DNA of 37,369 nt from assembly GCA_964411325.1 (NCBI GenBank), contig CAYPKM010000003.1:1-37369 (forward strand), in the 5' to 3' direction. This DNA is from an uncultured Christensenella sp. GTDB lineage: Bacteria; Bacillota; Clostridia; Christensenellales; UBA1242. The position numbers and the translations under genes were made by a program. This document shows positions 26,953 through 34,190 of this stretch, piece by piece; the first letter of the stretch is position 1, and every line of letters begins with the position of its first letter. The notes under the pieces are model-generated. The model searched no databases and was not told where the DNA came from. It saw nothing but the letters and a program-made list of their open reading frames with translations.

Positions 26953-28809
26953 TTATCTTCTACCAGGCATTCCACCGGGCTGATTTGGTGATGTCGAACT
27001 ACCAACACTCGTGATTGTGTTTGAAATGGTAAAGGTAGCTAGTTGCGTATCTCCTCCATAAATCTTATAAGAACTATTTTTAACAAACTTGGGAATGCTT
27101 ATTATTATTGACTGGCAAACTTTTTGCGTTTCTATGGAGAATAATACATTATTGTTTGAATCAACAATGGAAATATTCGTTCCAATAGAAATATTGTTTC
27201 TCTGCGCAAAAGATAAGATATATTGATGAGAATTCGTTGATGGTGTTTCAACCATACCTAGAGTCGAAGATGCAAACACGTACCCACCATTTATTACAAT
27301 CCCCTTATCTGCATCAAGTCCTGCATCGGCACCACTTGTAGGACCATGGACTACAACCACAGTATCGTCTCCATCTATTAAGATACTGCCATTCGAATCT
27401 ATTCCGTCTCCTGATGCATTTATTGTGACATTACCTCCAGATATTATTATATGTTCTGTAATGCCAGTATCGTCACTTGCAGCATTAATCCCATCATCTT
27501 GGGAAAGAATGTTTATAGTTCCCCCAGTTATTTCAACATAGGCTCCCTCTACACCCTCGTAACAATTCTGAATGTCATAAGTTCCACCACTGATAGTAAG
27601 TAGATTATCTGCACAAATTCCATCGTCAAGTGTATTAATCACAAAAGAACCATTGCTAAGTGTCGCATTACCACTATTAGTATGAATAGCATCATCATCT
27701 GAATTAATATTAAATTCACCGGATTTTATGATTATATAATAGTCGCCATCTGTTACTGTAACTTCATCGCCATTTGAATCCTCATATTTAATTTCTCCAA
27801 CCTTGATTCCTTTGCTACTCTGAATCATAGCATAACGCATAGATGAGGTATTGGAGTCTGCAGCTATTCTTTTGTACCAATTGCCACTCGCAACATATTT
27901 AAAATCATCGCTAGTCAATCCATATTTTGTCATATTGCTGGTTGACTTAGATACAAAATTTGCAGTTGTGGATATATTGTATGTTCCACCATTTATATAA
28001 ACCAAAGTATCTGCCTGAATTCCGTCACCCAAAACAGAACAAGTATACTCCACATTCTTTAGAGAAACATATCCCTCGTCCAAAGTAAATTCGGTGGTAT
28101 CGTCATTGCATTCCGTCTGCAACCCATCTTTTAGGCAACTATCAATATTAACACTGCAATCTTCCATTACTATAGTTTGCGCCGTTATCCCGTGACTTTG
28201 CGAAGAGATAATATTAATATTGGAATCAACTACACATAAAGACTTGGATACTTTTATAGCGCTTTTACTATTGCTAGTCACATTTAAAGTCCCCTCACCA
28301 TTAATACTCAAATTACCTTTGATGTGTATAGCATTAACATCATCACCACTATTTGAAACGGCATTATTTCCAATCAATGTTATTATTACACTTGATTTTT
28401 TATTTTGATTTTGAATTGCTATTCCATTACTATTTGAAATATTGGCATTTTTCAAAAAAATATGTACTGTTTCATTATCTCCGACTTTTATCGTAACACC
28501 CTCTGTATAATTGCCACTAAGCAAATAATCTCCGGCTGTAGTAATAGTTGAACTGGTATAAATATCATTTGCGTCGACAATTGAACTAGTTGTATTCAAA
28601 TGCAAGTCTGACAAATCCGTACTAATAGTAGACACAATCTGACTTTCTTTACTGGAATTATCAATTTCTGTTGGGATAATACCCGTTCCACCTCCACCCA
28701 AATAGTCTCCGGGGTTTGTAAAGATATTTGATTTACAGGCATTCAATGTTACTGCTGAACAGGTTAATAAAGATAGTACACATAAACACTTAGTGATTTT
28801 ATTTTTCAT
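26953..28809 (-). CDS. Lipoprotein with DUF4353 / Cthe_2159-like beta-helix carbohydrate-binding domain
   Basis: Lipobox LNAC; ITTAGDYLLSG, DDAIH, DDGI, YEGVEG, DDGINA, GDGIDSNG repeats; PGGMPGRR tail. Confidence 0.85.
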   Translation of the reverse strand: MKNKITKCLCVLSLLTCSAVTLNACKSNIFTNPGDYLGGGGTGIIPTEIDNSSKESQIVSTISTDLSDLHLNTTSSIVDANDIYTSSTITTAGDYLLSGNYTEGVTIKVGDNETVHIFLKNANISNSNGIAIQNQNKKSSVIITLIGNNAVSNSGDDVNAIHIKGNLSINGEGTLNVTSNSKSAIKVSKSLCVVDSNINIISSQSHGITAQTIVMEDCSVNIDSCLKDGLQTECNDDTTEFTLDEGYVSLKNVEYTCSVLGDGIQADTLVYINGGTYNISTTANFVSKSTSNMTKYGLTSDDFKYVASGNWYKRIAADSNTSSMRYAMIQSSKGIKVGEIKYEDSNGDEVTVTDGDYYIIIKSGEFNINSDDDAIHTNSGNATLSNGSFVINTLDDGICADNLLTISGGTYDIQNCYEGVEGAYVEITGGTINILSQDDGINAASDDTGITEHIIISGGNVTINASGDGIDSNGSILIDGDDTVVVVHGPTSGADAGLDADKGIVINGGYVFASSTLGMVETPSTNSHQYILSFAQRNNISIGTNISIVDSNNNVLFSIETQKVCQSIIISIPKFVKNSSYKIYGGDTQLATFTISNTITSVGSSTSPNQPGGMPGRR

Positions 28810-28935
28810 ATTATCTCCTAAACTTATTAAAAAATTAATTATTATTATTTTATCAAATTTAGATTATTTTTAAAACTTAAAAATATACACTATTTAACAA
28901 CACCCCTAAAAATTATGTCAAAATTTTGAATTATT

Positions 28936-29113
28936 TATGTGTCGGTCACATTAATAATACCATCTCTTTCATAACTAAATTATATTTTATCACCATCTCT
29001 TATGTTAAGAACTAAATCTCCTATAGTGCTGGAACACGCAACAATGTAGCAAAACACACAAACATTACGATTGTAAACAAATATAAAACAATTTTCGATT
29101 TTAATTTTTTCAT
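28936..29113 (-). pseudogene. Probable decayed lipoprotein gene
   Basis: MKKLKSKIVLYLFTIVMFVCFATL signal peptide; a one-base frame change continues as AC-SSTIGDLVLNIRDGDKI-stop. Confidence 0.4.
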
Positions 29114-29131
29114 TAGTTTTTTCTTTACACT

Positions 29132-30160
29132 TTATTTTAAAATATAATCATCTCTTAATAATTCGATTTCATCACACTCTTCCGAGTTCGTTGATAGATT
29201 ATTCACAATTTCAAAATCAGCCTCTGATTCAAGTGTTTGTTGGTGTTCTATTTCAATTTTTCGATTTAGTTCATCTTGATTTAAGCCAATTCCCGCATCT
29301 TCACCAAAGGACAAAATTCTAATCATCTCTTTATCTGAAAGCATTTCAATCTTACCCTCTAATACAACCTCGTTCATAACCCTATCCATCTTTTGTTTCT
29401 TTATATATACTGCAATTAGAGATATTGCACCAAAAATCGAAACTGAGAAAATAAGCACTGAGCTCACGCTAGACATCATGGAATTTGTTACATACGCAAT
29501 GGGAATATTATCCATTATATCCATCGGCTGTGGTCGTGAACCCTTGCCATTTCCGTCAAACTTGGGAAATGATACATCATCTGGGTTAGAAACAAAATCT
29601 TCGGGTGGAGACATTGTACCAAAATTAAATTTTGATATTTCTTTCTCGCTTTCAAAGATGTTTCGTTCCCCTGTTAGCAACGAACAAAAATCAATGAATA
29701 TAGTTTTGTATTGGGATTTTTTGGCAAACCTTTTTGCCCCCTTAAATCCTCTATCTCCAACCATTTTCGAAACCTCAGTGGAATTAAAATTCTCAAAACT
29801 AGCATTGGTCGATTGTTTAAAAACGCTCGAGACACTACTGGCAAAAGCGATTACTATAATGATTAAAGCAAGGGCACTATCAAATTTGGAAAAATGAATA
29901 TGATTGGACTTAACAACGCTTTTATTCATAGAATGCTCTGCCATTATACTTAAGAAAAATAATCCAACATACGCACTCATTATTAAAATAAGTAAAGGCG
30001 AATATACAAAATAAAATATAGGTATCAATAAAATAAGAGCAATTTTTATCATTATAAATGCTTTTGGAGATATTGTGAATTTCCATTTTTTTCTTGAAAT
30101 TCCCAAGTTGTCTTGCATCTGCATTTGTTGCAATCTTTTCTTTTTGCTTTCACTTGCCAT
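29132..30160 (-). CDS. Hypothetical membrane protein (about 4 TM, large loop, acidic tail) in the ABC operon
   Basis: GGGAGG RBS; start 9 bp after the ABC stop; hydrophobic segments. Confidence 0.78.
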   Translation of the reverse strand: MASESKKKRLQQMQMQDNLGISRKKWKFTISPKAFIMIKIALILLIPIFYFVYSPLLILIMSAYVGLFFLSIMAEHSMNKSVVKSNHIHFSKFDSALALIIIVIAFASSVSSVFKQSTNASFENFNSTEVSKMVGDRGFKGAKRFAKKSQYKTIFIDFCSLLTGERNIFESEKEISKFNFGTMSPPEDFVSNPDDVSFPKFDGNGKGSRPQPMDIMDNIPIAYVTNSMMSSVSSVLIFSVSIFGAISLIAVYIKKQKMDRVMNEVVLEGKIEMLSDKEMIRILSFGEDAGIGLNQDELNRKIEIEHQQTLESEADFEIVNNLSTNSEECDEIELLRDDYILK

Positions 30161-30169
30161 AAGTCCTCC

Positions 30170-32038
30170 CTACTCAGCCCTTAAAGCCTCAACAGGATCA
30201 AGGTCGGCAGCCTTGATTGCTGGAGAAATACCTGCAAGAATTCCTATAATAGTGCTAGCCAAAACACCTAGTAAATAATATCCTATATGATAACTGATAA
30301 GCGAATAACTAAGTGTTGCTAAACAAATTATATTTGTAATTAAAGATAATGCAAAGCATAAACCTACAGCAAGTATTCCTGAAATAAAGCCTATTGTTCC
30401 AGCTTCAAACATAAACATATTTCTAATATCTTTTTTCCTAGCACCAACTGCTCTCAAAATTCCTATTTCTTTCATTCTCTCATTAACACTAATATATAAA
30501 ACAATAAATATCATAATTGCCGATACAATTAAAGACACTGCTCCAACAATAGACAGTAAACTAGTTCCCAAATCTAGATATTCCATAACGGAATCTAACG
30601 GACTCTCTTCTTGAGTAACATTAAATCCCAATGCCTCCAAATCTGTTTTTAAAGCAGATACATACGAACCTTCTTCTGCAATTACATAAAGAATATTAAA
30701 GTCTCCATCATCGGAGCCCACTAGTGTTTTTATTGCACTATGAGATATGTATGCCGAGACCTTGTCGCCTTCTACAATTCCACTCACTTGAAAAATCTGA
30801 GACCTAAGCCCAACTTTTACTGTAATATTCTCACCAACACTAGCAATCAAACTTTCACTATTTAATTTATAGGCAAAACCTTCTGAAATTACGATATATT
30901 TGGTTTCTCCATCTTCATTAATTTCCCCGTGTAAAAGTTCCGGTTCACAAATATCTACGAAATATGAGTTTAAACTAGCAATGGACTCTTCACTATTGGA
31001 ATAAATATAACTAGCTTTACTTGAATAATAAGTTTCATAAACGCTAGAAACACCATCTAGTCCATTTATATTTTCTATTTGACTATCGCTAAATAATGTA
31101 CCTCTATGATTTGTGACTACTAATTGTAAAGACTGCAAACTATCAGCATAAATATTATTAACATAATTTGAAAGCCCCGAACTCAAACATAGAATAAGAA
31201 GCACTGCCATTATACTAATTGCCATACCAATAGATACAAGCATATTTCTACTTTTTTGCTGTTTAATATTATTTGTTGAAAGATTTAATACATTTTTAAC
31301 TTTTATATTTTTAGGTTTAATTTCCTTATCTCTAGTAGTGGCTATTTTAAATTTGTTTACCTTTGTATCAGAGACGATTTTGCCATTTTCCATTTTAACA
31401 ATTCTGCCACATTGATTAGCAATTTTTGTACTATGTGTAACTATTATAACCAATTTGCCCGATTCTGCTATTTTTTTAAGTATTTGCATTACAACCTGTG
31501 AACTATTCTCATCTAATGCTCCCGTTGGCTCATCTGCAAGAATAATAGTTGGATTATTAGCCAACGCTCTAGCAATAGCAACCCTTTGCTTCTGACCACC
31601 AGATAACTGGTTTGGTAGCTTTTGTGCATAATTTCCCAGTCCCACCATTTTGAGCAAATCTAATGCTCGTTCTTCCCTAGTCTCTTTATCTATATCGCTT
31701 ATTGTCATAGCAATTTCAATATTATCTTTTATAGACATATGTGGAATTAGATTATAGTTCTGAAAAATAAGGCCAACTCTTTTTTTTCTATAATCGTCCA
31801 TCTGTTGCTCGGAAAAATCTCTAATAAATTCATTTTTGATTATTATACTACCTGTATAATCGGTATCCAATCCACCTAAGATATTAATAAGTGTGGATTT
31901 TCCACAACCACTTTCACCAAGCAATGCTATCAAATCCCCACTCTTGAACTCTATGTCTATACCCTTCAAAACCTCTTGCTTTTGAGTTGTTGTTATAGCA
32001 TAAGATTTTTTTAAATTAGCCACCTTTAATAATGCCAT
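30170..32038 (-). CDS. MacB-type fused ABC transporter (ATPase plus FtsX-like permease)
   Basis: GESGCGKST, LSGGQKQR, ADEPTGALD, VTH, ERMKEIGILRAVGA, LDPVEALR; start at ATG 32038 behind GGAGG. Confidence 0.93.
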   Translation of the reverse strand: MALLKVANLKKSYAITTTQKQEVLKGIDIEFKSGDLIALLGESGCGKSTLINILGGLDTDYTGSIIIKNEFIRDFSEQQMDDYRKKRVGLIFQNYNLIPHMSIKDNIEIAMTISDIDKETREERALDLLKMVGLGNYAQKLPNQLSGGQKQRVAIARALANNPTIILADEPTGALDENSSQVVMQILKKIAESGKLVIIVTHSTKIANQCGRIVKMENGKIVSDTKVNKFKIATTRDKEIKPKNIKVKNVLNLSTNNIKQQKSRNMLVSIGMAISIMAVLLILCLSSGLSNYVNNIYADSLQSLQLVVTNHRGTLFSDSQIENINGLDGVSSVYETYYSSKASYIYSNSEESIASLNSYFVDICEPELLHGEINEDGETKYIVISEGFAYKLNSESLIASVGENITVKVGLRSQIFQVSGIVEGDKVSAYISHSAIKTLVGSDDGDFNILYVIAEEGSYVSALKTDLEALGFNVTQEESPLDSVMEYLDLGTSLLSIVGAVSLIVSAIMIFIVLYISVNERMKEIGILRAVGARKKDIRNMFMFEAGTIGFISGILAVGLCFALSLITNIICLATLSYSLISYHIGYYLLGVLASTIIGILAGISPAIKAADLDPVEALRAE

Positions 32039-32049
32039 TTTGCCCTCCA

Positions 32050-32082
32050 TAAAAAAGCTCTAATCATTAAACGATTAGAGTT
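32050..32082 (-). terminator. Intrinsic terminator after the sigma/anti-sigma pair, overlapping the internal promoter
   Basis: Minus strand AACTCTAATC-gtttaat-GATTAGAGC-TTTTTT immediately before the ABC RBS. Confidence 0.7.
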
Positions 32083-32098
32083 GCTGTTTTATTGGTAT
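32068..32098 (-). promoter_or_regulatory. Putative ECF promoter, copy 2 (ABC operon)
   Basis: ATACCAATAAAA-cagcaactc-TAATCGTTTA; same boxes and spacing as copy 1. Confidence 0.8.
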
Positions 32099-32111
32099 TT
32101 CATATAAATAA

Positions 32112-32831
32112 TTAATAATAAAAATTAAGAGGAGGTGGTAATGTAAAGTTTTCATCAAAGAACATTGGCCTATTTTGAATATCATCACGCATCTTATCTA
32201 AATCATTAAAGTTATTATTAAATTCCATTCTGTTTTTAAAATCGGATATAGACATACAGCCTTTATCAATATTAATTTCTTCCAAGTTATGCTCTTGTAG
32301 ATGTCTACTTAAGACTTTTTCAAAATTTTTAGTTTTTTCAAACGCAAAACTTTCCTTGTTATTTATAGCGAATAATACAATTCTTCGACTATAGTTTTCA
32401 AAATACCCCAAATCAACAGATGCATCTATAACCGACTTTAGTCCGTTATCAAGAGTGGCTCCCACAACACTTTCAAACCGATTATCACTAAGCAAAATAT
32501 CCCCATCTGAACTTAAAGAGCAAATGGCAACAATATTATCAGACGAATCTGCAGTAATACATATTGTTGGGTTTATTTCTAATATATATGATGTCAATTC
32601 CGATGGCACTATAGATTGACTATTGAGAGTTGGAATTAAAGCCACTAGTATCAATGCGACACAAACAACCACCGTAAAAACTAATTTTAGAACTGGTCTT
32701 CTATTGTAATTATTAGATACAATCGGAGGTTTTCCTTGAATAGGAACTTCTGTAACTCTTGAAGAAATAGGTGGAACTTTTATGTTTTCATATTCGCTTT
32801 TTAACAAGTTTTTTATGTCTTTATTTTTCAT
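32112..32831 (-). CDS. Single-TM anti-sigma factor with RsgI-like extracytoplasmic domain
   Basis: TM at about aa 48-69, then SYILEINPTICITADSSDNIVAICSLSSDGDILL (RsgI xINP pattern); overlaps the sigma stop. Confidence 0.8.
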   Translation of the reverse strand: MKNKDIKNLLKSEYENIKVPPISSRVTEVPIQGKPPIVSNNYNRRPVLKLVFTVVVCVALILVALIPTLNSQSIVPSELTSYILEINPTICITADSSDNIVAICSLSSDGDILLSDNRFESVVGATLDNGLKSVIDASVDLGYFENYSRRIVLFAINNKESFAFEKTKNFEKVLSRHLQEHNLEEINIDKGCMSISDFKNRMEFNNNFNDLDKMRDDIQNRPMFFDENFTLPPPLNFYY

Positions 32832-33354
32832 CTGAAACCTCCTTTATTTTTTCTTTTAAAGTTTTCATTGCTTTATTGTATCTCCAGAGGACTGTGCCTA
32901 TTGGAATATGCAAAAGCTCTGCAATTTCACGGTTTTTATAGCCGTGTAAAATATGTAAAATTACTATTTGTCTATCTTCTAAGGAAAGGTGTTTATTAAT
33001 TAATTGATAGACAAATAGTTCTTTATTAGGAGTCGATTCTTCTGTATCTTGAAATATGTCCACATTGTCAATATGAATTATTCTATTATTCTTTTTTAAA
33101 AAGTCATATGCTGTATTTTTGGTTATTTGCAAAATCCAAGCCGACAAATTTCCACCAATAGTATAAGTCTGTGCAAAACGCCTAATTTTTATATACGTAT
33201 CTTGCATTATATCTTCTGCATCATAGGTGTTTCCCACTATTGAGTAAGCAAAACTAAACACTCCCTTGCAAGTAGTATTGTAGAGTGTCGTAAAGGCAGT
33301 TTCATCACCATCTTGGATTTTCTTCATTAATATGTTTAGTTCTTTTTTGTTCAC
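32821..33354 (-). CDS. ECF-type RNA polymerase sigma factor
   Basis: GDETAFTTLY, DAEDIMQDTY, AWILQITKN.AYDFLK (region 2); EIAELLHIPIGTV.WRY (region 4); GTG start with GGAGG. Confidence 0.95.
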   Translation of the reverse strand: MNKKELNILMKKIQDGDETAFTTLYNTTCKGVFSFAYSIVGNTYDAEDIMQDTYIKIRRFAQTYTIGGNLSAWILQITKNTAYDFLKKNNRIIHIDNVDIFQDTEESTPNKELFVYQLINKHLSLEDRQIVILHILHGYKNREIAELLHIPIGTVLWRYNKAMKTLKEKIKEVSDEK

Positions 33355-33369
33355 CTTTCCTCCAATTAA

Positions 33370-33400
33370 TAAACGATTAACCTGCCATTTTTATTGGTAT
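33370..33400 (-). promoter_or_regulatory. Putative ECF autoregulatory promoter, copy 1
   Basis: ATACCAATAAAA-atggcaggt-TAATCGTTTA just upstream of the sigma RBS. Confidence 0.8.
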
Positions 33401-33669
33401 ATTTTCTAGTATTATATCATAACCTTTATAAAAAAACATATAGTTTAACAAGAATTTAAAATAAGTAAAGGTTGATTATTCTGCACATAAACAAAAACTC
33501 CTAATAAAAATTAGAGTTTCGTATAATCATTTCGCTAGTTTCAAAATATACACCCTTTTATCTTCTTTTTTTACACTTGTTCTAGATTTTACATCAATAT
33601 CAAATATATTCTTACCCATATTTTTAACAAAAACTTCTACAAAATATTTAAATTATTATCAAAAAACTG

Positions 33670-33716
33670 TTGACATTTATCCACCGTATGTGTAATATCT
33701 AATAGTGTTAGATATT
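33670..33716 (+). promoter_or_regulatory. Sigma-A promoter with overlapping MarR-type operator
   Basis: TTGACA-17 bp-TAATAT; palindrome AATATCTAA-tagtg-TTAGATATT at 33694-33716. Confidence 0.8.
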
Positions 33717-33732
33717 TTATTTGAGGTGAATT

Positions 33733-34137
33733 ATGGGAAAAACTGCTGAGGACTTTTATCAACTATTTAGCAATCATAAATTTAAAAAAGTAGCAGATAC
33801 CTTGCAAGATGGATTTTCTGGAATGTACGTAGTACTCAAAATTATACAGGACGCAGAAAAAGAACTGTCTGCGGGAGATATTTCAGATATTTTTGGCGTA
33901 ACGACAGCTAGAACAGCCGTTGTTTTAACAACTCTAGAAAAAAAAGAATATATAATCAAGTCAAAATCAGAAAACGATGCTAGAAAAACTATTGTAAAAA
34001 TTACAGAAAAAGGCAATATTGCATTGGAAACAAGAAAAAATGAATTATTTTTTGCCATCAATGCTTTTCTAAATAAACTGAGTGAAGAAGAGAAAAATAA
34101 TTTATACAAAATAGTAGAAAAATTACTAAATAATTAG
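33733..34137 (+). CDS. MarR-family transcriptional regulator
   Basis: Winged helix with TTARTA.VLTTLEKKEYI...DARKTIVKITEKG. Confidence 0.93.
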   Translation: MGKTAEDFYQLFSNHKFKKVADTLQDGFSGMYVVLKIIQDAEKELSAGDISDIFGVTTARTAVVLTTLEKKEYIIKSKSENDARKTIVKITEKGNIALETRKNELFFAINAFLNKLSEEEKNNLYKIVEKLLNN

Positions 34138-34190
34138 AAAATTTATTAGCTTTTATACATTGCAAAAATATAAAAATAAGAGAGGAGAAT

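Noticed and set aside
11417-28809. Polyphosphate link between the Ppx-like gene and the DUF4353-like lipoprotein (a family often found near VTC-domain genes)
   Set aside because: They are 14 kb apart and no VTC or ppk gene is in the window.
33493-33619. 30-codon minus-strand ORF (33527-33619) followed by an imperfect hairpin upstream of the ECF gene
   Set aside because: No RBS or recognisable motif; may be a gene remnant but is unsupported.
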